This document shows positions 1 to 8,448 of a stretch of 64,000 nucleotides of DNA, piece after piece. This DNA is from an uncultured virus (IMG/VR IMGVR_UViG_3300009503_000024). Its lineage: Duplodnaviria; Heunggongvirae; Uroviricota; Caudoviricetes. The notes under the pieces were generated by a model. It was not told where the DNA came from and did no database searches. It saw only the letters and a list, made by a program, of their open reading frames with translations. The translations under genes were made by a program, and so were the position numbers. Location: the IMG/VR virus record IMGVR_UViG_3300009503_000024, one strand, 5' to 3'. Within the stretch, counting starts at the first letter, position 1. Each line of letters opens with the position of its first letter.

Positions 1-291
1 ATACTCTAAAATTTCTTTTAAATACATTGGAAAAAAATTTTTAGGAAACTTTATTTCTATTTTATAATATTCATTTATAGTTAAATTAGGAATTTTTACA
101 CTATCAACTTTTATAAAAGTATTTTTAAACTTCTTATTTTCACTTTCCTCGTTTAATTGCATTTCTTGTTTTAATATTGTCATATAAGTATCTCTATCAT
201 TAAGCCTAGCTGCGTCTTTTCGCAACTTTTTTAATATTTTAAATTTTTGTGTTTCTGCTTCTAAATTTTTTTCTTTAATTATATTTTCCAT
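1..291 (-). CDS. Hypothetical protein, runs off the left window edge
   Basis: ATG at 291 with GGAG RBS; frame open to position 1 (MENIIKEKNLEAETQKF...PMYLKEILEY); not in ORF track. Confidence 0.6.
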   Translation of the reverse strand, partial: MENIIKEKNLEAETQKFKILKKLRKDAARLNDRDTYMTILKQEMQLNEESENKKFKNTFIKVDSVKIPNLTINEYYKIEIKFPKNFFPMYLKEILEY

Positions 292-294
292 TTT

Positions 295-633
295 TTATCT
301 CCAAAATATAATTGTTATTTGAATATTAAATATAATTATAATTAATTCATTTTTATCTAATGTTAATTCAAAATTTATATTAAATAATTTAATTTGAAAA
401 AATGTTATAAATTTATAATAAACTCTATTAGTATAATATTCCCATTCATTTATAACATATGGGCTATAATTTAAAATTTTTAAAAAATAAAAACTAAAAT
501 TAAATATAGTAATTAGCAAAGCTTTTTCGTGAAAATCAAAACTTATCTTTAATAAAATAATTTCAAATAAATAAATACAAACAAAATTAATTGAATTTAA
601 ACAATTTTCCATTTTTCCTATTTTTATTTTCAT
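295..633 (-). CDS. Hypothetical protein
   Basis: ORF with AAGGAG RBS, tightly packed with neighbours. Confidence 0.55.
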   Translation of the reverse strand: MKIKIGKMENCLNSINFVCIYLFEIILLKISFDFHEKALLITIFNFSFYFLKILNYSPYVINEWEYYTNRVYYKFITFFQIKLFNINFELTLDKNELIIIIFNIQITIIFWR

Positions 634-647
634 TTTATCTCCTTTCT

Positions 648-995
648 TTATTCTTTTATTTTATTTGTCGCTAATTTGTAAATTAGAAGTATATCTGGAA
701 TTGAAATACTACTAAATAAATGGCTCGCATGAGGAATTATTTTTTCTTTAATAAACAAAAATTCCTCCTTATCTTCTATTTCTTCTGTATCATATCCTAT
801 ATCAACTGATTCCAAAATATCTTCTATCTTCTCTGAATCCTTTTTTTCAACATAAAGATATAAAATAGAATCCATATTATAATGATCTTCATTATCATCT
901 ATCACATAATCATATTTAATTTTTTTGGCATCAAATATTACTTGTAAACTATTTCTAAATTTATTTAATGAAAAACCATTTAAAATAAAAATCAT
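648..995 (-). CDS. Hypothetical protein, paralog of 1341-1694
   Basis: MIFILNGFSLNKFRNSLQVIFD vs MIFILFDFSLSQFEKTLKIIFD, similar length, same RBS context. Confidence 0.75.
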   Translation of the reverse strand: MIFILNGFSLNKFRNSLQVIFDAKKIKYDYVIDDNEDHYNMDSILYLYVEKKDSEKIEDILESVDIGYDTEEIEDKEEFLFIKEKIIPHASHLFSSISIPDILLIYKLATNKIKE

Positions 996-1012
996 TTTAC
1001 ACCTCCTTATAT

Positions 1013-1339
1013 TTACTTAATATTTTCTAAAATTTGCTCAATCGCCACTGCTTCTGGTGAAAATTGATAAATTAAGAAAAATCTTATAAATAACACAAAA
1101 AGTATAAAAGACAATACCGATACGAACAAAGACGCAAAACTCAATTCCTCATCCTTTTTTTTATAATTTTTATATATAGAAAATAAACCAATAATTATAA
1201 AAATAAAAAATATAACTGACAAACCTAAATAAAATTTTGCTTCAACATTAACTTTAATCAAAAATGCATTGTAAATTTTATCAACCGTTACTCCAAGCCT
1301 ATTTGCTAATTCTTGTAAAACTTCTGTTAATTTATCCAT
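1013..1339 (-). CDS. Small two-TM membrane protein
   Basis: Two hydrophobic stretches; start moved to MDKLTE behind GGAGGTGTAAAATG. Confidence 0.7.
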   Translation of the reverse strand: MDKLTEVLQELANRLGVTVDKIYNAFLIKVNVEAKFYLGLSVIFFIFIIIGLFSIYKNYKKKDEELSFASLFVSVLSFILFVLFIRFFLIYQFSPEAVAIEQILENIK

Positions 1340-1340
1340 T

Positions 1341-1694
1341 TTACACCTCCGTGCCATTTTCTTTTTCTTTTGCCAACCTATAAACTTTTATAATATTCAA
1401 AACATTTTCTGGTTTTAAAAAATAATTTATCTTTGCATTAATTTTACTTTTTAAAAATTTAAATTCATTTATATTTATTTTTTCTACTGTTTTATATAAA
1501 ATTTTCATTGCTGTTAAAATCTCTATAGTTTCTTGTATATAATCGTCATAAACATAAATATAAAGAGTAGGATATTTATAATCCAAATCCCACTCTCGCA
1601 TAAAACAATCATATTTAAAATTTCTTAAATCAAAAATTATTTTTAAAGTTTTTTCAAATTGACTCAATGAAAAATCAAATAATATAAAAATCAT
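1341..1694 (-). CDS. Hypothetical protein, paralog of 648-995
   Basis: Sequence similarity as above. Confidence 0.75.
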   Translation of the reverse strand: MIFILFDFSLSQFEKTLKIIFDLRNFKYDCFMREWDLDYKYPTLYIYVYDDYIQETIEILTAMKILYKTVEKININEFKFLKSKINAKINYFLKPENVLNIIKVYRLAKEKENGTEV

Positions 1695-1975
1695 TTTACA
1701 CCTCCTGATGTTCTGTAAATATGTATTTCGGGCATTTTAGGCGGTGTATCTGTAAAAAACGCTGCTAATGGACAATGATAGATATCGGCTAATTTTTTTA
1801 TTTGTGGCAAAGTAAATAAGGCAACGCCTTTTTCTATTGCTTTTATTTTTTCCGTAGTAATTTTAAGTTTCTTTGCTACTTCCTCAATAGTGTAGCCAGA
1901 AGTTTCCCGAAGCGCTTTAAGCACTTTTGGATTAAGATTAGGTGAAAATCGTTTTTTACTTTTTATGTTTTTCAT
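1691..1975 (-). CDS. XRE/Cro-family HTH protein
   Basis: LKALRETSGYTIEEVAKKLKITTEKIKAIEKG...LKKLADIYHCPLAAFF; start set at MKNIKS after GGAGG. Confidence 0.85.
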   Translation of the reverse strand: MKNIKSKKRFSPNLNPKVLKALRETSGYTIEEVAKKLKITTEKIKAIEKGVALFTLPQIKKLADIYHCPLAAFFTDTPPKMPEIHIYRTSGGVK

Positions 1976-2007
1976 TTTCCGCCTCCGTGTTTTAATTATT
2001 AAAATAT

Positions 2008-2586
2008 TTAATAACCCCAATCTTGTAAAATTTTTCCTACAAATTTATTTATATTATTTATCGCTTTCCTATTCCAAATAAAACTTTTATCATCAACTTT
2101 AATTACAAATTTATATAATTCTTTTTCTTTTAGCATATCATAAGGTAATTGAATTTTAAGCATAACTACTGGTTCATTATAAACTTTTATAATATCTGTA
2201 TAATAATTAGTTGGTGGGACATATATACTATAAACCATTTCTTTATTATTTTTTTGATCTTTATAATGTAAATAAATCATTAATCTTCTATATTTTAATC
2301 CTAATTCTTGTATTGCTCTATAAGAGCATATAAAATATGATTTTATATGCCCAATACTAGAATCTGCATCTATATATAAAGCTGGGAAAGAAGTATACCC
2401 TACTGCTACACTACATAAAAAACTATAATCAGGACATAAAACATATAAATTAGGTGCTTCACCAAATTGCTCACATTTACCAAAAATAAAACTTACTAAT
2501 AAAACAAAAAACAAAACAATTACAAACTTTCTAATTTTCTTCATCATTTCATACCTCCTATATGTTTTTTCCATTCTTTCATACAA
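2008..2586 (-). CDS. Exported or membrane-anchored hypothetical protein
   Basis: MMKKIRKFVIVLFFVLLVSFIFG signal-like segment; true start probably downstream of 2586. Confidence 0.6.
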   Translation of the reverse strand: MYERMEKTYRRYEMMKKIRKFVIVLFFVLLVSFIFGKCEQFGEAPNLYVLCPDYSFLCSVAVGYTSFPALYIDADSSIGHIKSYFICSYRAIQELGLKYRRLMIYLHYKDQKNNKEMVYSIYVPPTNYYTDIIKVYNEPVVMLKIQLPYDMLKEKELYKFVIKVDDKSFIWNRKAINNINKFVGKILQDWGY

Positions 2587-2852
2587 CTATCTGTATATAT
2601 AAAAGGATAGCATATAAATGCTATCCCTAAAAATCCAGTTATAAATGATATTAGAAAACCTAATGCTTTTAAAGCAGATTCTAACCCCACTATAAAACTA
2701 TTAAAAAGATCGCAATTTGGAAATCCCCAAACATAACTACAATTCCAAAACCCTATCACAATACTCCCAATAACTATTGAAATAATCAATAAAACAAACC
2801 CTTTTACTACATACATCAATTGATAAATACCAAAACTAACTTTGCTTTTCAT
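2544..2852 (-). CDS. Two-TM membrane protein
   Basis: Two long hydrophobic segments. Confidence 0.65.
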   Translation of the reverse strand: MKSKVSFGIYQLMYVVKGFVLLIISIVIGSIVIGFWNCSYVWGFPNCDLFNSFIVGLESALKALGFLISFITGFLGIAFICYPFIYTDSCMKEWKKHIGGMK

Positions 2853-2861
2853 TTTCTGCTC

Positions 2862-3170
2862 CTATTCACATAATTTTCTTAATTTTTTAACAAATATTTT
2901 TTTAATTATATCTTTATTTTTTAAATAATTTTCTAAATCTTTACAATAATTAATTAACAAATTTCCATTGACCATTATTCTCATTTCAATCCAATACTTT
3001 CTATATTTAGAAAATTTATATGATTTACCAGAAAAACTTTTACGTGGTTTAAAAAACAAAACTAATACATATTTTCTTAATTCAAAACTATCTAATTTAA
3101 AAGAATATAATAAAAGCATTTTAAACATCTTTATTTTTTGTATTAAATTAAATACATCATCTATTTCCAT
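2862..3170 (-). CDS. Hypothetical protein
   Basis: ORF with GAGG RBS. Confidence 0.6.
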   Translation of the reverse strand: MEIDDVFNLIQKIKMFKMLLLYSFKLDSFELRKYVLVLFFKPRKSFSGKSYKFSKYRKYWIEMRIMVNGNLLINYCKDLENYLKNKDIIKKIFVKKLRKLCE

Positions 3171-3179
3171 TTTAACCTC

Positions 3180-3458
3180 TTAATTATATTTTTTATTTAT
3201 TGTATTATTGTTTATTATATCTTTATTTATATTATCGATTATTGCATCTGCTACATCTGAAACTAAAATTTTAACTATTTCGTTCTTACTTTTCGCTGTT
3301 AATACTTTTGTATATACTAATATATCAAATATATAATTTATTATAAAAAATAGCGCTTCTGGATTTTCTTTAATTTCTTCCGCAAAAAGATTATTAAATT
3401 TTTTTATAACCTTCAAAAAAAGTTTATCATTTGTATCTATTTTTATTTTTTTAATCAT
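3180..3458 (-). CDS. Hypothetical protein
   Basis: ORF with GAGG RBS. Confidence 0.6.
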   Translation of the reverse strand: MIKKIKIDTNDKLFLKVIKKFNNLFAEEIKENPEALFFIINYIFDILVYTKVLTAKSKNEIVKILVSDVADAIIDNINKDIINNNTINKKYN

Positions 3459-3473
3459 TGCTTCCTCTTTTTA

Positions 3474-3845
3474 TTATTTTATATCAATAATTTCTTTTTC
3501 TTCAATTTCTTCTATTGTTTCATTATTTTTATTAGTCTTCTTAATAATTATATTTTTAAATTTATTATTTTTATATCTAAAAAATAAGTTAGCTAATTTT
3601 TTTAATTTTTCTAATGGATATTTAGTCATAGAAACAATATTTTCGCTATTTACTTCATATTTAATAACTTCTAATATTTCAATGTCCTTCCCTGAATCCA
3701 TAGTAATTACAAGTTTTAATGCATCGTCACCATCAACTTTTTGTTTATATAATACCATAGATTCAACTTTATTTAAATCTAAATAAAAAATTTTATTATT
3801 ACTATTATATCTTGCTATCATTTTTTTCCACCTTCCCATATACAA
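3474..3845 (-). CDS. Hypothetical protein
   Basis: ORF coupled to ligase stop; likely start at MIARYN. Confidence 0.6.
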   Translation of the reverse strand: MYMGRWKKMIARYNSNNKIFYLDLNKVESMVLYKQKVDGDDALKLVITMDSGKDIEILEVIKYEVNSENIVSMTKYPLEKLKKLANLFFRYKNNKFKNIIIKKTNKNNETIEEIEEKEIIDIK

Positions 3846-4726
3846 TCTTTTGGATCTTTATCATCTCTAAACATTAAAAAGCTAGGGTGTCTTATAGCAC
3901 CTGATTTAAAAACTTCAAACCCATGAATTTCAACAACCGTTCCTTTATATTTATCTTTATTTTTAGAAATTTCTTTTCTTATTTCATCTGTCATAGATCC
4001 AACTCTTACTTTTTCTACTAATTTACCATTTTCATATAAACCACAAACTATATGTTTTATCCAACCTTTAGAACCATATTTTTCAGAATTTGAATCTTCA
4101 TACCCCATTATCACATAATCCATACTAACTAACTTTTTTATTTTATACCATAGTTTTGATTTACCGCCAAAATTATAACTTTTATCTGCTAAATCTTTTA
4201 CTACTAAACCTTCACCACCTTTTTTTACTATTTCATCAAACCAATCTTTAACTTTTTTATTAAAATTATTAACACCGTCTGAAACTAAATATGGGGCAAC
4301 TGTTATATATTCAGGATCTAATGGTGCACAAAATAAATCAAGAATTTTTTTTCTATCTAATAAATTTTTATCAACTAAATCTTTCCCAGCTAAACGTGTA
4401 ATATCAAATACATCAACTTTACTATGTCCATATTTTTTTTGATATTCAGTCCCCGTTTGAGTACTAAATGCTAATTCCCCATTTATTACAGCATCTTCCA
4501 ACTTTAAATTTTTTTCTAAATACAACCGTAATGATTCTAATTGCTCATTATTCTTTTCTTTCATATTCCGCGATATCAATTTTAAATTAGCAAATTTATC
4601 AAATACTAATTGTATATAAATCCCATCATACTTCTGCTCTACTAAATATGATGATTTTTTAAAATCAAATTTCATTATATCTCTTGGATCTATTGTTCCA
4701 GCACATCCTTGATAATAATTTTTCAT
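3818..4726 (-). CDS. lig: ATP-dependent DNA ligase
   Basis: Motif I EQKYDG, NGEL, EGLVVK, WYKIK, C-terminal OB fold with IRHPSF..FRDDK. Confidence 0.93.
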   Translation of the reverse strand: MKNYYQGCAGTIDPRDIMKFDFKKSSYLVEQKYDGIYIQLVFDKFANLKLISRNMKEKNNEQLESLRLYLEKNLKLEDAVINGELAFSTQTGTEYQKKYGHSKVDVFDITRLAGKDLVDKNLLDRKKILDLFCAPLDPEYITVAPYLVSDGVNNFNKKVKDWFDEIVKKGGEGLVVKDLADKSYNFGGKSKLWYKIKKLVSMDYVIMGYEDSNSEKYGSKGWIKHIVCGLYENGKLVEKVRVGSMTDEIRKEISKNKDKYKGTVVEIHGFEVFKSGAIRHPSFLMFRDDKDPKDCIWEGGKK

Positions 4727-4768
4727 TTTAAATCACCTTTTAATTTTAATTTTTAAATATCTTTTAAT

Positions 4769-4800
4769 ATTTTAAAACAAAATAAAACAAAAAATTTCTA
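4769..4800 (-). promoter_or_regulatory. Promoter-like motif TAGAAA-N20-TAAAAT (class 2)
   Basis: Same 20-nt spacing at 6511-6542, 7959-7990, 34461-34492. Confidence 0.55.
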
Positions 4801-4801
4801 T

Positions 4802-5920
4802 TTATTCTAAAATTTCAATATCTTTTATATATTCATTATTCAAATCATTTCCATTATCATCAATCTTTGTCAATTGTTCTTCTTGTTTTTTATAATAAAC
4901 TATTTTAGTTTCTTCTTCTATTTTTGCAAGTAATTCTTTATTATTTTTTAAAATTTCTTTCGTTTTATTTTCACCAATACCAAGTTTATTATTATTATAA
5001 TAAAAAGTATTACCTTCTTTTATAATAACCCCAACTGATAAAGCTGCTTCGAATATAGCGGAAATTTTTCTAATTCCTCTTCCAAAAATAATCTCAAAGT
5101 AAGCTTCCCTCATTGGAGCAGAAGCTTTATTCTTTACAACCTTAACTTTAACTTTATTTCCAATATGAATACCATTATTATCTTTAATAGCTTCTACTTT
5201 TTTTACCTCCATTCTTATAGTTGAATAAAATTTTAATGCTTTACCGCCTGGAGTATCTTCTGGTTTACCATAACCACCATTAAAAGTTGCTCTAAGTTGA
5301 TTAATAAATATTACTACAGTTTTAGATTTTGCAATAAATCCATTAACATCTCTTAATGTTTGGCTCATAAGTCTTGCTTGTAATGCCATATGCTGATCAC
5401 CAACTTCACCATCAATTTCTTGTTGAGGAGCTAATGCTGCTAAAGAATCAATAACAATAACCCCTATTTTGTTAGATTTAACTAAATCTTTCATTATTCC
5501 TAATCCTTGCTCAGCTGAAATTGGTTGTGAAAACAATAAATTTGCAACATCAATCCCAATATTTTTAGCATATTCAAGACTCATAGAATTTTCTACGTCT
5601 ATATAAGCTGCTTTACCACCCATTTTTTGACATTGTTTTACTATACTTAAAGCTAATGTTGATTTACCAGACGCTTCTGCCCCAAATATTTCTATTACTC
5701 TTCCTTTAGGAATACCACCAACACCTAAAGCTAAATCAAGAGATAACGCCCCAGTAGGAATACATTCTTCATTAATATTTTTAATATCTCCTAATTTTAT
5801 AAGACTTCCTTCTCCATATTTTTTATTAATAGCATTTATAATATCATCTATATTCTCTTCGTTAATTTTATTTTTATTTTTTTCTAATCTTTCTTCTTTA
5901 ACTTTTCTTTTATTTTTCAT
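4802..5920 (-). CDS. recA: RecA recombinase
   Basis: IPTGALSLDLALGVGGIPKGR, GAEASGKS, VIDSLAAL, QARLMSQ, INQLR, TPGGKALKFY. Confidence 0.98.
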   Translation of the reverse strand: MKNKRKVKEERLEKNKNKINEENIDDIINAINKKYGEGSLIKLGDIKNINEECIPTGALSLDLALGVGGIPKGRVIEIFGAEASGKSTLALSIVKQCQKMGGKAAYIDVENSMSLEYAKNIGIDVANLLFSQPISAEQGLGIMKDLVKSNKIGVIVIDSLAALAPQQEIDGEVGDQHMALQARLMSQTLRDVNGFIAKSKTVVIFINQLRATFNGGYGKPEDTPGGKALKFYSTIRMEVKKVEAIKDNNGIHIGNKVKVKVVKNKASAPMREAYFEIIFGRGIRKISAIFEAALSVGVIIKEGNTFYYNNNKLGIGENKTKEILKNNKELLAKIEEETKIVYYKKQEEQLTKIDDNGNDLNNEYIKDIEILE

Positions 5921-5938
5921 TGTTTCCTCCTTTATAAA

Positions 5939-6005
5939 AGAGCAGCGAAATTTTAATTAAATTAGTGGTAAATTGAGGTATTTTGGCGGGATATTTCGCT
6001 GCTCT
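5939..6005 (-). other. 13-bp inverted repeat with 41-nt loop immediately upstream of recA RBS
   Basis: agagcagcgaaat (5939-5951) / atttcgctgctct (5993-6005). Confidence 0.7.
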
Positions 6006-6013
6006 CAAGTTTA

Positions 6014-6463
6014 TTAAAAATTATCTTCTGATATATTATTTGTATCAAAAGCAGACAAATATTTTTCTACTTCTACAACTTCCCAATCCGATCCTAATTT
6101 TCCACCATTTGATATTTTGCATATAGAATAAACTTTTTCATATTTTATATCACAACTGCCTGCAGTTTCACTAAAAGCACCTCCCCAATGTATACCTATC
6201 AAAAAATATTTACCATCTGATTTAAATTCAAATATTTTATTACCTTTCTTATTTATTCGATAATCTCCTCTATATATTTCTAAAGATTTTGCATCATAAA
6301 ATTTCTTCACCTTTTCAACTAATTCTTCATTAAGTTTTCTATATTGATAGTCACTATCACTATCAGTATAGTTATCGTATACAATAATCAAATCTGGGTC
6401 ATATTTCCCGTATTGACGAGAAAGAAATTTTCCATTTCCTAATTCAATTTTTTCTAGTCTCAT
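6014..6463 (-). CDS. Hypothetical protein
   Basis: ORF with GGAGG RBS and own promoter-like motif. Confidence 0.75.
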   Translation of the reverse strand: MRLEKIELGNGKFLSRQYGKYDPDLIIVYDNYTDSDSDYQYRKLNEELVEKVKKFYDAKSLEIYRGDYRINKKGNKIFEFKSDGKYFLIGIHWGGAFSETAGSCDIKYEKVYSICKISNGGKLGSDWEVVEVEKYLSAFDTNNISEDNF

Positions 6464-6510
6464 TTTTACCTCCTTTTTAATTTCTAATTTTTAATTTTCT
6501 TAATTTTAAT

Positions 6511-6542
6511 ATTATAAAAATAATAAAACACAAAAATTTCTA
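6511..6542 (-). promoter_or_regulatory. Promoter-like motif TAGAAA-N20-TATAAT (class 2)
   Basis: Intergenic, repeated motif with conserved spacing. Confidence 0.6.
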
Positions 6543-6547
6543 TATAT

Positions 6548-7207
6548 TTAATTTATTCTTTCAAGATTTCTTTTAAAATATTTTTTTATATTAACTCCTT
6601 TAATTAGTAAATCATTAACATCTTTACAACCTGGATAATTTATTTTTATTTTAAAAATTTCTATTGTATCTTTCAAATGTTTATTTACTTTTAATAAATT
6701 ATCTCCTGCTTCATCACCATCACACACAAGATATATTCTATCAAAATATCTATATATTATTTCTTGCTGTATATCAGACATTTTATTACCAATTACAGCA
6801 ATAGCATTTTTTAATCCGGCTTGATGTAAACTCATAGTATCTATTTGCCCTTCTGTTATAAAAACTTTTCTATTATAATACTTATCTAATACTCTATTTA
6901 AATTAAAAAACATTCTACTTTTTTCATATATATATTTAAAATTATGGGAACCAACATATTTCATATGACCATTATTTTCTATTGATCTACAAAAAAATGC
7001 TACTATTCTATTCCTTAAATCATAAAAAGGAATAGTAATAGAATTTCTTACTTTTGGAGTATTAAAAATTTCTTCATTTTTTATAAAACCAAGACCAAAA
7101 GTTTTTATTGTATTTAAATTTAACCCTCTATTTTTTAAATAATCCATACTTTCTTTAGTATGGTTTAATACCAAAAAATCTTGAATTTTTTGATACTCTT
7201 TTATCAT
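6548..7207 (-). CDS. dnaG: DnaG-type primase catalytic core/TOPRIM, no zinc-binding domain
   Basis: YLKNRGL, FGLGF, ITIPFYD, KY, ITEGQIDTMS, CDGDEAG, KDVND. Confidence 0.88.
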   Translation of the reverse strand: MIKEYQKIQDFLVLNHTKESMDYLKNRGLNLNTIKTFGLGFIKNEEIFNTPKVRNSITIPFYDLRNRIVAFFCRSIENNGHMKYVGSHNFKYIYEKSRMFFNLNRVLDKYYNRKVFITEGQIDTMSLHQAGLKNAIAVIGNKMSDIQQEIIYRYFDRIYLVCDGDEAGDNLLKVNKHLKDTIEIFKIKINYPGCKDVNDLLIKGVNIKKYFKRNLERIN

Positions 7208-7431
7208 TTTTCATCCACTTTTATTAAATCAAATTTTTTATCTTTATCAAAATTGCATTTAATTTTAGCACCATATAAAGTTATATTTATATTATCGTTT
7301 TTACATTCTTGACAACGCCAAACAGGATTTTCTTCATAAATGATTCCTGGAGTTTTATGTTTTAAAACAATAACTTGCTCACCACCATCAGTTAAAAGAT
7401 TAAAATATTTACCACAAAATTTACATTCCAT
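7204..7431 (-). CDS. Small zinc-ribbon protein
   Basis: CKFC...CQEC. Confidence 0.6.
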   Translation of the reverse strand: MECKFCGKYFNLLTDGGEQVIVLKHKTPGIIYEENPVWRCQECKNDNINITLYGAKIKCNFDKDKKFDLIKVDEK

Positions 7432-7747
7432 AATGCACCTCCAATATTTTTTTTAATTTTTCTTCTGAATAATTCCCTTCATAATACATCAAATAATTAT
7501 TTTTAACTATAATCATTGTAGGAAATGCTTTAATACCAATATTTTTTAAACTTTTTGCATCATTAATATTATTAACATTTATAATAGTAAATCTTAACTT
7601 TCTATCATTTAAAAATCTTACAATTTTATTTATAAAATCGCAGCAAGGTTTACAACCTTGCAAAGTAAAAATAACTATATCATTATTTTTAACTAACTCA
7701 TCAAAATTAATCATATGTCTAAATCCAATATAGGAATATAATAGCAT
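7421..7747 (-). CDS. Thioredoxin/glutaredoxin-like protein
   Basis: FTLQGCKPC active site, GIKAFPT cis-Pro motif; start probably at MINFDE. Confidence 0.85.
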   Translation of the reverse strand: MLLYSYIGFRHMINFDELVKNNDIVIFTLQGCKPCCDFINKIVRFLNDRKLRFTIINVNNINDAKSLKNIGIKAFPTMIIVKNNYLMYYEGNYSEEKLKKILEVHYGM

Positions 7748-7938
7748 CTAACATAAGATGGTTTTGCATCTATATATATTCTATTATCTATACCACCTTC
7801 AATGATTAAAAACCTCATTTTATTTTTATTTAAACTACTATTACCTTCATAGCGCACAATTACTTCCCCTTGATACTTATGTATTATTTTATAATACTTA
7901 CCAATTTCTAATTCTTTCTTTCTAATCATTTTTACCAC
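7711..7938 (-). CDS. Hypothetical protein
   Basis: ORF with GAGGTGG RBS. Confidence 0.6.
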   Translation of the reverse strand: MVKMIRKKELEIGKYYKIIHKYQGEVIVRYEGNSSLNKNKMRFLIIEGGIDNRIYIDAKPSYVRCYYIPILDLDI

Positions 7939-7958
7939 CTCTTAATTTTAATTTGTTA

Positions 7959-7990
7959 ATTATAAAAGCAAACAATAAAAGATTTTTCTA
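7959..7990 (-). promoter_or_regulatory. Promoter-like motif TAGAAA-N20-TATAAT (class 2)
   Basis: Repeated motif with conserved spacing. Confidence 0.6.
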
Positions 7991-8446
7991 TTTATTCCAA
8001 AAAAAATATTCTTTTATATCTTCATCTAATGGTAAACCCTTTGCTTCATAAAGCCATACTTTTAAATAACTTTCTTTTTCATTATTATATTCTAATCTCA
8101 AAGTTCTTTCAATTATATTTTTATCATTATCTATAATACCAGAATCTTGAAAAGCATCGTTTAACAATTTATAAAGATTATTTGTATCTCTGCCTTTTTT
8201 CATATTAACTGGTATCATTTCAAGGATTACTGTTTTATCTTTAAATTTAGGACATTTATTTTGCATCGCTTGAACCTTTATTTCCATCATCAAAACATCT
8301 TTAGCTTCTTTTGCTTTATTATTCATATAAAACACAACTTTACCATTTCTATATGCTGAATTATATAAAGAATTTACTGAAGGTGGTATAGACAATTTAA
8401 AAAAATATTTTTTTATTAAATCTTTATTATTTTGTTTCAATTCCAA
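7988..8446 (-). CDS. rusA: RusA-family Holliday junction resolvase
   Basis: PPSVNSLY; RDTNNLYKLLNDAFQDSGIIDND.NI catalytic pattern. Confidence 0.88.
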   Translation of the reverse strand: MELKQNNKDLIKKYFFKLSIPPSVNSLYNSAYRNGKVVFYMNNKAKEAKDVLMMEIKVQAMQNKCPKFKDKTVILEMIPVNMKKGRDTNNLYKLLNDAFQDSGIIDNDKNIIERTLRLEYNNEKESYLKVWLYEAKGLPLDEDIKEYFFWNK

Positions 8447-8448
8447 TT

